Positions 49,568-59,098 are shown, numbered from the stretch's first letter. The stretch: DNA of 64,000 nt from an uncultured Eubacteriales bacterium (GCA_964611275.1 CAZSZS010000107.1:4720-68719); one strand, 5' to 3'. The notes: generated by a model from the letters alone, not told the origin. Numbers and translations: made by a program.

Positions 49568-52500
49568 TCAGGCCCGAAAAATACCTTCTATCTCAGCAAT
49601 GATTTGTGTGTCAGAGAAATGCTTGGCTGTAGAGGCTGAGGACGGACATGCTGACACACAGGTCCCGCATCCTTTGCAGAGGGCTTCGTTCACAACAGAT
49701 ACGCTTCTTTCTTCATCAAAGCTTATGGCTCCGTAGGGACATAGATTGTTGCACAGCCTGCAGCCCGCGCAGAGCTCCGGATCGATTTCAGCTTGAATGG
49801 GTTCGAGTTCTATTTGACCTTTGGAGATATTGGATAATATTCTTGCTGCGGCTGAGCTTGCTTGAGCTACCGAATCTGGAATATCCTTGGGCCCCTGACA
49901 GCATCCGGCAATATAGACTCCGTCTGTCGCCGTACTTGTCGGATCAAGCTTGGGATGTTTTTCAAGAAAGAAGCCGTCAGGGCTTCGGCTTATGGAAAAG
50001 AGCCTTGCCGTTTTTTCCACATCACGCTGCGGTTCTATAGCGTTGCAGAGAATGACCATATCTACCGGTATTTCCCTGTATTTTTTTATCAGAGTATCTT
50101 CACATTTGATGATAAGCGGTTCTGTCCCGTTATCAGAATGCCCGGCTCTAATGACTTCTGATACTTTTCCCCTTATAACGTTTACATCTTCATCGAGTAT
50201 CCTTGAATAGAATTCTTCATATCCTTTTCCGAATGAACGCATATCAATATAGAACTGATAGACTTCCGCATTTGATCTGTCTTTTATTAGATGAGCGAAT
50301 TTAAGGGCGTACATGCAGCATACACGGGAGCAGTATGGATGAAAGTTGATATCTCTGGATCCAACACAATGTATGATACCTATGGCCCTGGGTTCTTTTC
50401 CTTCTTTGGTCACAATAGTGCCTTTAGTCGGCCCGGTGGAGCTCACGATCCTTTCAAACTCCAGGCTTGTGTACACATTATCGAACTCTCCGTATCCGTA
50501 AGGAGTGAGAGCTTTTGAATCAAGAGTGTCATACCCTGTAGTCAAAAGAATCTGGCCGACATTGATCTCTTCTATTTCATCTGCCATACCATGGTCAATG
50601 GCCTGGGCTTCACAAACGGTTTCACAAACATGGCACTCAACGCAGAGTCCGCAGTTCAGGCATCTCGAGGCTTCTTTTGTTGCTTCTTCTTCGGAATAGC
50701 CCAGTTCCACTTCTTCGAAAGTGTAACGCCGCTTTTCAGGATCAAGCGCTTTCATTTCGGTGCGGTCCTTTTTAGGCAGATTCTTGAAAGGAAGGGAATA
50801 CCTGTGGGGCCGATCGTTTTCGTCTCGTTCAGGAAGGGAGTTACACTTTCTTGTTTTAAAATCACTTAGGGGTTCACCCTTGATGAATTTATCAATCACT
50901 TCAGCGGCTCGTTTTCCGTCCCCCATGGCTGTTATAACGGCATCTGGACCGCGAGCCACGTCTCCTCCTGCGAAAACTCCTTTTATTTCAGTTTCCATGG
51001 TATCCGGGTTGATATCAATGGTATTCCATTTCGTAAGTTTGAGATGGGCTTCTTTTTCAGCGTAATTGATTTCAGGTGACTGGCTGACTGCAATAATGAT
51101 GGTATCAATTTTCAGATCATACTCGCTGCCTTTTATGGGTATGGGACGCCGCCTTCCGCTTGAGTCAGGTTCTCCGAGTTCCATTTTTATACATTTCATT
51201 CCCGTTACTTTTCCGGATTTCCCTAAAACTTCGACAGGAGCAGTCAGATACTTTATACGGACCCCTTCTGCCTCGGCAGCCTGGATTTCAGCTTCTTCAG
51301 CAGGCATTTCTTTTCGTGTTCTTCTGTAAAGTATGGTCACTTCATCGGCTTTAAGGCGCAGGGCGGTCCTGGCTGCGTCAATAGCTGTGTTTCCTCCTCC
51401 GATGATGGCCACATTTTTTCCAACCGGTTGAGGTTTTTGAAGGCTTATATTGCGGAGAAAATCAACTCCGTGATAAACTCCTTCGTATTCTTCTTCTCCG
51501 GGAATATCCATTTTTCTGCTGCTGTGGGCACCTGTGGCTATATACACAGCCTGGTACCCCATCTTTTTCAGGGCTTTGATGTCAAAGTCTTTACCCAGAG
51601 CTTTATTTGTCTTTATATCCACACCCAGTTTTTTGATGTATTCTATATCTCGCTTAAGGATTTTCTTTGGGAGCCTGTATTCCGGAATTCCTACCGTGAG
51701 CATACCGCCTTCAACAGGGAGCTTTTCAAAGATGGTGACATCGTATCCTTTTAAGGCCAGGTCATGGCCGCACACAAGGCCTGACGGGCCTGAACCGATG
51801 ATAGCAATTTTTTCTTCTCTTTTCTTCTTGATTTCTGGGGGGTCAGGTTCTCCTTTATTCTCAAATTCCCAATCAATGGCATATCTTTTAAGATTTTTTA
51901 TGGAAACCGCCTTGTCCACAAATTTACGGTTGCATTCTGATTCACACGGGTGGTAGCAGACACGACCGCAGACACTGGGAAGAGCATTTTGCTGCCTTAT
52001 GAGACGGGCTGCTTCCTCAAAGCGCCCCTTTGAGATAAGAGTCACATAGCCTGCGGCTTCCTGGTCGATGGGACAGGTTTCGCGGCACGGAGGCCTGCTG
52101 TCTTTATCAATGACATAGGTATTGGGGATTGCCTGGGGAAAGGTTTTATATATGGCAGAACGTAAAGACTGGTTCTCTTCAAAAGGATTGGGGATGCTGA
52201 TCGGACACGCCTCGGAACATTCTCCGCAGGATGTGCAGTCATCTTTGACGAAACGGGCTTTCTTCCGTACTTTGACCGTGAAATTTCCTATGGATCCCTC
52301 CACTTCTTCCACTTCACTCAAGCTTAGGAGCTTGATATTTTTGTTTTGGGCAACAGATACCATTTTCGGAGTAAGGATACAAGCGGAGCAGTCAAGAGTT
52401 GGGAATGTTTTGTCAAATTTAGCCATTTTACCGCCTATAGTGGATTCTTTTTCTACTAAATAGACGTTATTTCCTGATTCAGCTATCTCTATAGCGGCTT

Positions 52501-52972
52501 GTATTCCGGCAATGCCGGCTCCCACTATCAAAGTGTCTGGATTGACATTAACCTTTACCGGTTCGAGAGGCTGTTGAAGGGCCACTCTGTTTACGGCCGC
52601 TCTTATAAGGGAAGTGGCTTTTTTCGTGGCGCTTTCAATATCTTTATGAATCCAAGAACACTGCTCTCTTATATTGACCATCTGGAACAGATACCGGTTC
52701 ACACCTGCTTTTTCACAGGCCATCCTGAATGTGGGTTCGTGCATTAAAGGGGAGCAGGAAGCGACGATGATCCGGTTCAGCCCCATTTCTTTGATGTCCT
52801 TCATGATAAGGTCCTGTCCGGGTTCAGAACACATGAATTTGTAGTCACGGACAACTTGTACATTTGGCTCATTTTTTATGGCATCGCGCGATTTTTCCAC
52901 ATCTACGGTGGCTGCTATGTTAGATCCACAGTGACATATATAAACCCCTATTTTTATGTTGTTGTCAGTCAT
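49568..52972 (-). CDS. HdrA-like heterodisulfide reductase flavoprotein with inserted GltD-like NAD(P)H domain (HdrL-type), 1134 aa
   Basis: HdrA N-terminal Cys cluster (IGVYICHCGSNIA). FAD motif (GAGIAGIQAA). Inserted ferredoxin. GltD-like 4Fe-4S region with a second dinucleotide fold (IIGSGPSGLVCGHDLA, IIGGGNTAIDAA). HdrA-type CSRVCC motif. C-terminal 2x[4Fe-4S] ferredoxin. Confidence 0.8.
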   Translation of the reverse strand: MTDNNIKIGVYICHCGSNIAATVDVEKSRDAIKNEPNVQVVRDYKFMCSEPGQDLIMKDIKEMGLNRIIVASCSPLMHEPTFRMACEKAGVNRYLFQMVNIREQCSWIHKDIESATKKATSLIRAAVNRVALQQPLEPVKVNVNPDTLIVGAGIAGIQAAIEIAESGNNVYLVEKESTIGGKMAKFDKTFPTLDCSACILTPKMVSVAQNKNIKLLSLSEVEEVEGSIGNFTVKVRKKARFVKDDCTSCGECSEACPISIPNPFEENQSLRSAIYKTFPQAIPNTYVIDKDSRPPCRETCPIDQEAAGYVTLISKGRFEEAARLIRQQNALPSVCGRVCYHPCESECNRKFVDKAVSIKNLKRYAIDWEFENKGEPDPPEIKKKREEKIAIIGSGPSGLVCGHDLALKGYDVTIFEKLPVEGGMLTVGIPEYRLPKKILKRDIEYIKKLGVDIKTNKALGKDFDIKALKKMGYQAVYIATGAHSSRKMDIPGEEEYEGVYHGVDFLRNISLQKPQPVGKNVAIIGGGNTAIDAARTALRLKADEVTILYRRTRKEMPAEEAEIQAAEAEGVRIKYLTAPVEVLGKSGKVTGMKCIKMELGEPDSSGRRRPIPIKGSEYDLKIDTIIIAVSQSPEINYAEKEAHLKLTKWNTIDINPDTMETEIKGVFAGGDVARGPDAVITAMGDGKRAAEVIDKFIKGEPLSDFKTRKCNSLPERDENDRPHRYSLPFKNLPKKDRTEMKALDPEKRRYTFEEVELGYSEEEATKEASRCLNCGLCVECHVCETVCEAQAIDHGMADEIEEINVGQILLTTGYDTLDSKALTPYGYGEFDNVYTSLEFERIVSSTGPTKGTIVTKEGKEPRAIGIIHCVGSRDINFHPYCSRVCCMYALKFAHLIKDRSNAEVYQFYIDMRSFGKGYEEFYSRILDEDVNVIRGKVSEVIRAGHSDNGTEPLIIKCEDTLIKKYREIPVDMVILCNAIEPQRDVEKTARLFSISRSPDGFFLEKHPKLDPTSTATDGVYIAGCCQGPKDIPDSVAQASSAAARILSNISKGQIELEPIQAEIDPELCAGCRLCNNLCPYGAISFDEERSVSVVNEALCKGCGTCVSACPSSASTAKHFSDTQIIAEIEGIFRA

Positions 52973-53844
52973 CTTTGTACCTCTCTTGATATTTTTTCTG
53001 GTTCAAAAGGTATGAGTGAACGGTTGAGGCCCAGCTCGCGGGGAGAGCCACCCAGAGCGTGACCGACGATCTGTGTGAAAAAAAGTACGGGGATCTTAAA
53101 ATCCGTTTCAAATTTTTTATTTATTTTGTTTTGATAGGCTTCCAAGTTGATCTGGCAGAGGGGGCAGGTTGTGATAATTATATCCGCGCCGTTTTCTTTA
53201 GCGCACTCCAGAAGTTTTTTATTGAGGCCCAGACCCACATCAGGATAGGTCGTCATGAGCATCCCGCCGCAGCACTGAGTCTTCATTGGGAAGTAGACAT
53301 TTTTAGCTCCAAGGGCTTCACACAGATCGTCCATCATCTGTGGATTGTCTTGATCGTCCAGTCCCCTTTCAGGTCTCACTATCTGGCAGCCGTAGTATTG
53401 AGCGATCTTTAGGCCTTCCAGGGATTTTTTTGCTTTGGCGGCTATCGTCTCGATGCCCACATCGTTAACCAGGACTTCAAGAGGATGCCTGACCTCGACA
53501 CTTAGATTATACCCGAGTCCTACTTTTCTTAAAGCTTGATTGACTTTTTCCCTCAGGATGCGGTTGTTTTTCAGGATATGATTTGTCTTATAAAGGATCG
53601 TATAGCAGGAACTGCATGGTGCTATGATATCCAGTCCTTTTTTTTCAGCAATAGCCAGGTTTCTGGCAGATATGACAAGAGATATAGTCTCTTTTGTGGC
53701 CATGTAATACGTGGCCCCGCAGCAGTTCCAGTCATCTATTTCTATGAGTTCATGTCCTAACTCATTGAAGACATAGTGCACAGATTCATCATATCCTTTC
53801 GCTGATGCCTCTAGGCTGCATCCCGGATAATAAGAGTAATTCAT
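52969..53844 (-). CDS. HdrB-like subunit (two CCG domains)
   Basis: CCGATYYMA and CCGGMLMTT cysteine-rich (CCG) motifs. Confidence 0.85.
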   Translation of the reverse strand: MNYSYYPGCSLEASAKGYDESVHYVFNELGHELIEIDDWNCCGATYYMATKETISLVISARNLAIAEKKGLDIIAPCSSCYTILYKTNHILKNNRILREKVNQALRKVGLGYNLSVEVRHPLEVLVNDVGIETIAAKAKKSLEGLKIAQYYGCQIVRPERGLDDQDNPQMMDDLCEALGAKNVYFPMKTQCCGGMLMTTYPDVGLGLNKKLLECAKENGADIIITTCPLCQINLEAYQNKINKKFETDFKIPVLFFTQIVGHALGGSPRELGLNRSLIPFEPEKISREVQR

Positions 53845-53897
53845 TTTTTTGCCTCCGAAAACATAAAGGAAGAGGAATGAGAAAGGGATATGATTGC

Positions 53898-54521
53898 TTA
53901 TGATTCCTGCATGGGAATAATATTTTCTACTATCTCTGCTTCCTTAAGTATTTTGGAAAAATTTTTTTTGTGTTTTATTTTTCTGGGGAAAAACCCTATC
54001 CTGCCGTTTTTAGCTAATTTTAAAAACAGAGGGATCATTCCTAAAAGTTTAAATGGATTTGTTCTTAAATAGTAAGCAACTAAAAGACCTGGTTCATAAC
54101 TCAGACCTAAATGGTTTACAAGCCAGACAAAAGAATTGGACAGCGCATAAACAGGGAATTTTTTTGGAAAAATTTCGTTTTCTATAGCCAGCCTTTTCAG
54201 TGTGTAAATAATATCTGTGACTTTAACTCCCTGAGGACACCGGACAGTACAGGAGTAGCAGGAAGCACAGATCCAGATGGTTCTGCTCGAGAGTATGGTA
54301 TCGATATCTTTCGCTCTGAAAAGGGCAATGATTTCCCTTGGCGTTATATCCATGGTATAGCTGACAGGACATGTAGCTGTGCATGTGCCGCACTGGATGC
54401 ATTTTTTTATACTTTCTCCACCCGGGATATTTTGTACTTGGAGCAGGAAAGAATTTCTTAGTTCTTTTTCTTTTTCATTGAGTATGCCAGGTAATATCTG
54501 GCCTGCCTTCCCTTTGGTCAT
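53898..54521 (-). CDS. HdrC-like 2x[4Fe-4S] ferredoxin subunit
   Basis: CIQCGTCTATCP and CASCYSCTVRCP cluster motifs. Confidence 0.8.
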   Translation of the reverse strand: MTKGKAGQILPGILNEKEKELRNSFLLQVQNIPGGESIKKCIQCGTCTATCPVSYTMDITPREIIALFRAKDIDTILSSRTIWICASCYSCTVRCPQGVKVTDIIYTLKRLAIENEIFPKKFPVYALSNSFVWLVNHLGLSYEPGLLVAYYLRTNPFKLLGMIPLFLKLAKNGRIGFFPRKIKHKKNFSKILKEAEIVENIIPMQES

Positions 54522-54925
54522 TTTTTCAGAAGCCTCTCTATGCGTTCGATCAGGTCGTCAGCTTTGACAGGTTTATCTATATAGTCGTCCGGTCCTTCCA
54601 TTCCTTCTTTATCTCCTTTGAATTGGAATCTGGAGCCGGTTACTTCTTTGACTGCAGAAATAAAAATCACAGGTGTGTTTTGGGCGGACTTGAATTCTTT
54701 TGAGGTTTTTATGGCATGACACAATGAGAATCCGTCAAAAAGACTGTCCATCATAATATCCAGAAGAATAAGATCAGGTTTTTCAGATAGGATTTTTTTC
54801 TTTCCTTCTTCGGGATTAGAAGCTGTGATGGCATCATAAGATGCGGAATGAAGGATTGGAGTGATAGCATCTCTGAAATCGGGATCGTCATCGATGATTA
54901 AAATTTTTGCTTTTGCTTTTTCCAT
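54518..54925 (-). CDS. single-domain response regulator (CheY-like REC)
   Basis: DD…D…K receiver residues. No output domain. Confidence 0.8.
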   Translation of the reverse strand: MEKAKAKILIIDDDPDFRDAITPILHSASYDAITASNPEEGKKKILSEKPDLILLDIMMDSLFDGFSLCHAIKTSKEFKSAQNTPVIFISAVKEVTGSRFQFKGDKEGMEGPDDYIDKPVKADDLIERIERLLKK

Positions 54926-54937
54926 TTTATTTCTCCT

Positions 54938-55309
54938 TTATTTACTGAAAGCATTTTTAATTGCCAGTTTTAATTCTTCCTTTCCAAATGATTTTATAAA
55001 ATAATAAAAGATATCTTGTTCTCTTACTTTCGCCTCTAATTCTTTCGTATTTTTTTTGGTTGTCATTATGACTTTTGTATCCGAGTCTATATTTTTTATT
55101 ATGGAAACAGCTTCGTATCCTTTCATCTCTGGAAGTTCGACCGCCATTATAGCACAATGAAAATGATTGGATGTGATTTTTTTTATGGCATCTGTAAGCC
55201 CTTTTCCTGTTTCTACTTGATACTCTTTTTGTTGAAGAAAGGATAATAATGATTTTCTGTCTTTCTCATCAGGGTCAATTATGAGAATTTTTTTCTTAAG
55301 ATTTTTCAT
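54938..55309 (-). CDS. single-domain response regulator (CheY-like REC)
   Basis: Receiver-domain fold. No output domain. Confidence 0.8.
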   Translation of the reverse strand: MKNLKKKILIIDPDEKDRKSLLSFLQQKEYQVETGKGLTDAIKKITSNHFHCAIMAVELPEMKGYEAVSIIKNIDSDTKVIMTTKKNTKELEAKVREQDIFYYFIKSFGKEELKLAIKNAFSK

Positions 55310-55342
55310 TTATAATATCCTTGCATTGTACATTGAGTATAA

Positions 55343-55358
55343 CTGCAATAATTGTGCC
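55343..55358 (-). promoter_or_regulatory. sigma-54 promoter TGGCAC-AATTA-TTGCA (-24/-12)
   Basis: Minus-strand TTGGCACAATTATTGCAG has canonical GG-N10-GC spacing. Lies about 35 nt upstream of the first REC gene start (55309). Confidence 0.6.
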
Positions 55359-55475
55359 AAATCTAAATTTACTTTTCTGCATTTGTAAATATCTTTTAAG
55401 TCTTTAAAAACAAAAAAGTTAATACATTTTCAACTCAAAAAAAACAAAAAAACATTCTACATATATCCACCATAT

Positions 55476-55494
55476 GAGTGGAAATATTCCACAC
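55476..55494. promoter_or_regulatory. palindromic upstream activator site AGTGGAAATATTCCACAC
   Basis: 6-3-6 perfect inverted repeat (GTGGAA-ATA-TTCCAC) about 125 bp upstream of the sigma-54 promoter. The same motif recurs at 60354..60372. Confidence 0.45.
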
Positions 55495-55541
55495 AGTGTA
55501 TGAACATGCCCCAGACAGGAGAACATTCATCAGTTGTAAGT

Positions 55542-55569
55542 GAAGGGCTTGTCAGGAGACAAGCCCTTC
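55542..55569. terminator. strong hairpin GAAGGGCTTGTC-agga-GACAAGCCCTTC downstream of the hydrogenase large-subunit gene
   Basis: 12-bp perfect stem. No long U-tract. Confidence 0.45.
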
Positions 55570-55705
55570 GTATAAAATATTTATGAAAAAGAAAACCGTC
55601 CAGAGGTGATATAGATTGATACAGGAAAAAACAGGTGGGAAGTTATTTGTTGAGGAAACACTATCCTATGATGGCCACCTCTAAGGACGATTCTTCTCAT
55701 CGGTT

Positions 55706-57448
55706 TTAATTCTTCAAATGGTTTATGATTTCAAGGACAGCCTTTTGTACTGGGGGACTTAATTTATTTCCCGGGGCTACTGAATCCGGCTGTATCCCTA
55801 CTACATACGCATTTTTTTGCATGGACAGATTTTTAATGCTTGATATAAATGGTATGAATTTATGGCTCACACTGGATTGGCTGAGGATGTATTCCAAAGG
55901 AAGAACGGTTATCTTGCCTGCTTTTTCATTAAAATCAACCGCATCAAAGAAAACGAGAGGTTTCTTTTCGCTGGAGCTTTTCAGGCTGTCGTTTCTGATT
56001 ATTTCTGATTCAAGCCATACATCTTTAAATCCGAGACCGCATAGTTTTTTTGCTATATCAATACCGCAGCCGTCGTCACTGCGGTCTTCCTTTCCAGCCC
56101 CTATATAGATTGGTGTTCTGTCTTTCCTTATCTCTTCCAGTTTGTTTTTCCAGTTTCCGGAGGGAGCGTGTGTGACTTTAGCCAAATGGGCGGAGCAGCT
56201 GATACAGGGGTCAAAGGCCCTGACAACGATTTCCATTCTTTGTTTGATCTCATCTTCTTTTCCTGAATCAAGGAGATTTTGGGCAGCGATGTGGCAGTAC
56301 TTCTCGATATCTTCCGCATTCTGGGCCGTAGGGGTCACGATGTCCACATAGGAAATGCGTCCATCGCTGATTTCATGATGATGGATGAGAAGCCCTCTTG
56401 GGGCTTCCACCAGTCCTGTTCCTTTTCCGTTTTTTGCCGTGTATTTGACGGGCTTTGGGGTTTCTTCAAACTTGAGGATTTCATCCACCAGTTCTATGAT
56501 CCTTTCAAAACAGTAACTGATTTCCAGAGCCTGGGCGGCATTATGAAACAAGGGATTGACTTCCCAGCGTTTATTGAAATATTTTTTATACATTTTCCCT
56601 GTTTCACCCTTGAACCTTTTCCCTAAGTTGTTGACTCTGGCTAAGGCTCCTACAGAGTAAGGCTTTCCTTTGTAGCGGCTGCGCTTGCAAAAGGAATGAG
56701 AAACAACAAACTCGTTCGTGAGTTTTTGGTAATCGTCTCTAAAGAATTTTTCGCCTGTGGAAAGCATTATTTCGTCTCCCCAGAATCCATAGTTGTTATT
56801 CCCTGGTTCACAGCAGGCATAGATGGTTTCTTTTTCGGGGACTTCGGGATAATCAAGAGTGCAGAAGAGATCGACGGTCTTTTTAACAAAGGGCATGAAT
56901 TGGACTGCTCTGTTTTTTATAAAGACAAGTTCCTCTAGGGATGGGAATGCGCCGAAACCACCGATGATGGGATTTTCGCCGTGAATATAACGCCCGCTCA
57001 GGACTTTCATGACATGGTTGGCAAAATGCTTCATCTCCAGAGCGATTTTGACTTCAAGTTCGAAGTCCGATGCCATGGCTATGGCATTGGGATATCCCAA
57101 GTAATCAGGGAGAGCAAGGTAGTATGTGTGAAGAGAATGGCTTTCGATCATTTCTCCCATATGCATGAGTTCTCTGCAGAGATAGGATTTGGGATGTATT
57201 TTAATATTAAGTGCGTTTTCCATAGACCGGAGAACTGCGTTTTTATGTGAAAGAGTGCAGATGGCACATATCCGGGGAGACATACTGACATCTTCTTCAG
57301 GAGTTAGGCCGATGGTCAGCTTTTCTATGAGGCGGGGGCCTTCATATATACTGAATTTAACGTCTGATACAACTTTTCCGTCAATGGTGGCTGATATGCC
57401 ACCGTTTCCTTCAACTCTGGCTAGATGGTCTACACTTATCTTTTTCAT
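55706..57448 (-). CDS. [NiFe]-hydrogenase large (alpha) subunit, group 3, fused at its C-terminus to a hydrogenase maturation endopeptidase (HycI/HybD-like) domain
   Basis: N-terminal RICAICTLSH (RxCxxCxxxH) and C-terminal DPCISCSAH Ni-Fe site motifs. The additional ~150 aa after the His carry protease-family motifs (IYIGAGKEDRSDDGCGI, FFDAVDF, SxH). Confidence 0.85.
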   Translation of the reverse strand: MKKISVDHLARVEGNGGISATIDGKVVSDVKFSIYEGPRLIEKLTIGLTPEEDVSMSPRICAICTLSHKNAVLRSMENALNIKIHPKSYLCRELMHMGEMIESHSLHTYYLALPDYLGYPNAIAMASDFELEVKIALEMKHFANHVMKVLSGRYIHGENPIIGGFGAFPSLEELVFIKNRAVQFMPFVKKTVDLFCTLDYPEVPEKETIYACCEPGNNNYGFWGDEIMLSTGEKFFRDDYQKLTNEFVVSHSFCKRSRYKGKPYSVGALARVNNLGKRFKGETGKMYKKYFNKRWEVNPLFHNAAQALEISYCFERIIELVDEILKFEETPKPVKYTAKNGKGTGLVEAPRGLLIHHHEISDGRISYVDIVTPTAQNAEDIEKYCHIAAQNLLDSGKEDEIKQRMEIVVRAFDPCISCSAHLAKVTHAPSGNWKNKLEEIRKDRTPIYIGAGKEDRSDDGCGIDIAKKLCGLGFKDVWLESEIIRNDSLKSSSEKKPLVFFDAVDFNEKAGKITVLPLEYILSQSSVSHKFIPFISSIKNLSMQKNAYVVGIQPDSVAPGNKLSPPVQKAVLEIINHLKN

Positions 57449-58227
57449 TTTGACTCCTTTTTAAATTGTTTCAAAAAATCGATCAGCTTTGTGCCTGAAT
57501 AATTAGCCATTCGTTTCTTTATGGATTCAATGTCAAACCCTTTTTCCTGTAAAAGATAATATTCAGAGGTGAAATTGGCCCCTTCCACATGTCCCCAGCA
57601 ACCGAAGCAGGGCACATTGTGATTCGGACATATGGAGCCGCACCCATCTGCTGTCAGGGGGCCCAAGCAGGGGATTCCTTTATTTAAAAGGCAGTCATTC
57701 TCATTGTATTTGCATGTGACACAGACTGGCCGCGGATATCTTTCCGGAAGACTCCCTTTTACAGCCCGGGTAAAGAGGTCGAGAAACTGTTCTTTCCCAA
57801 TAGGACAGCCAGGGAGATAATGATCTACTTTTATATAAGCATCTATGGGCTTGGACTGGACAGGTTTGGTGTGGGTCATCTCTATATCTCCGTAGACTTC
57901 CTTGTATTTCTTTTTCCACTCATTTGGGTCGGTGAATCTTGCCTGTATGCCACCGACAGTAGCGCACAGTCCTATGGCGATCACGATTTCAGCTCTTTCT
58001 CTTATGTCTTTGAGCTCTTCGATCTCTCTTTCTGTGCTCACAGAGCCTTCTACCAGAGCGATGTCAAGCTTTCCATCTATGTTCTCACTGCTAGCCATGA
58101 GAAAGGACTGTATGTCCACAGCTTTAAATATATCAAGCAGTTCTTTTTCGCAGTCAAGAATGAGTAAAGCATCTCCGGCACATCCTGTTAACTCATAAAT
58201 TCCGATTTTTAATTTTCCATTATTCAT
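57445..58227 (-). CDS. [NiFe]-hydrogenase small (delta) subunit, group 3
   Basis: IGIYELTGCAGD proximal-cluster motif and C-terminal Cys clusters. No selenocysteine. Confidence 0.85.
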   Translation of the reverse strand: MNNGKLKIGIYELTGCAGDALLILDCEKELLDIFKAVDIQSFLMASSENIDGKLDIALVEGSVSTEREIEELKDIRERAEIVIAIGLCATVGGIQARFTDPNEWKKKYKEVYGDIEMTHTKPVQSKPIDAYIKVDHYLPGCPIGKEQFLDLFTRAVKGSLPERYPRPVCVTCKYNENDCLLNKGIPCLGPLTADGCGSICPNHNVPCFGCWGHVEGANFTSEYYLLQEKGFDIESIKKRMANYSGTKLIDFLKQFKKESK

Positions 58228-58237
58228 TGTATCCCCC

Positions 58238-59098
58238 TTAGATGAGCTCTCTCATATGAGTGACATCCCAGTATGTGAAAACAGGGCCGTCTAGACATGT
58301 GTAAATGTAGTCTATGGCGCAGTGTCCGCATTTGCCGACACCGCATTTCATACGTCTTTCAAGAGTCATCAGGATCTGGTCCTTTGGTATATTGAGTTTT
58401 AACAGTTCACTAAGGACAAATTTATACATAACAGGGGGACCGCAAACCAGACTGTAAGTGGTTGATGGATTTATATTCTTTATTTTTGGGAAAAGAGTGG
58501 TCACTACCCCGATGTTTTCCGTCCATTTCCCTGTATCGTCTTGATCCACAGAAAGGAAGCATTCTAAGTCCTCTCGTTCCTTCAGCGAGAGAAATTCTTC
58601 TCTGAGTAGCATTTCCGCCGGTCTTTTGGCTCCGTGCAGGAGAATCACCCTGCCGAACTGGTCCCGATTATCAAGGCAGTAGAGCAGAACTGAGCGAAGG
58701 GGGGCTGCTCCGAGACCGCCCATAACGATCAAGATGTCCTTTCCTTTCATTTGCTCCACAGGAAATCCGTTGCCGTAAGGGCCTCTGATTCCAATCATGT
58801 CGTTTTCTTTAAGCCGGAAGATAGCATCGGTGACTATGCCCGTCCTGCGGATACAGAATTCAAGGAGTCCCGGCCGGGAAGGAGTGGATGAGATTGAAAA
58901 AGGAGCCTCTCCGGCTCCGAGAACGGAGATCATGGCAAACTGCCCGATTCTGTATCTAAAGGAAAGAGCTTTTTCCATATCAGCGATCCGGACTTGAAAG
59001 AATTTGACGTCTTCGGTCAGATGATAGGCACGGACTATTCTTGCTGGTTCAGGGAGAAATGGATTCTCTGTTTGGTTGGCTTTGTTTTCACTGTTCAT
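58238..59098 (-). CDS. hydrogenase gamma subunit: FAD/NAD(P)-binding oxidoreductase with C-terminal [2Fe-2S] (HydG/AsrB/PyrK-like)
   Basis: Ferredoxin-NADP-reductase-like fold and a CGVGKCGHC cluster. Confidence 0.8.
   Translation of the reverse strand: MNSENKANQTENPFLPEPARIVRAYHLTEDVKFFQVRIADMEKALSFRYRIGQFAMISVLGAGEAPFSISSTPSRPGLLEFCIRRTGIVTDAIFRLKENDMIGIRGPYGNGFPVEQMKGKDILIVMGGLGAAPLRSVLLYCLDNRDQFGRVILLHGAKRPAEMLLREEFLSLKEREDLECFLSVDQDDTGKWTENIGVVTTLFPKIKNINPSTTYSLVCGPPVMYKFVLSELLKLNIPKDQILMTLERRMKCGVGKCGHCAIDYIYTCLDGPVFTYWDVTHMRELI

Noticed and set aside
49568-57448. In-frame TGA selenocysteine codons in HdrA-like and hydrogenase genes.
   Set aside because: Looked for these because Hdr and [NiFe] enzymes of sulfate reducers often contain selenocysteine. 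All ORFs are uninterrupted, and the hydrogenase C-terminal motif is DPCISCSAH with Cys.
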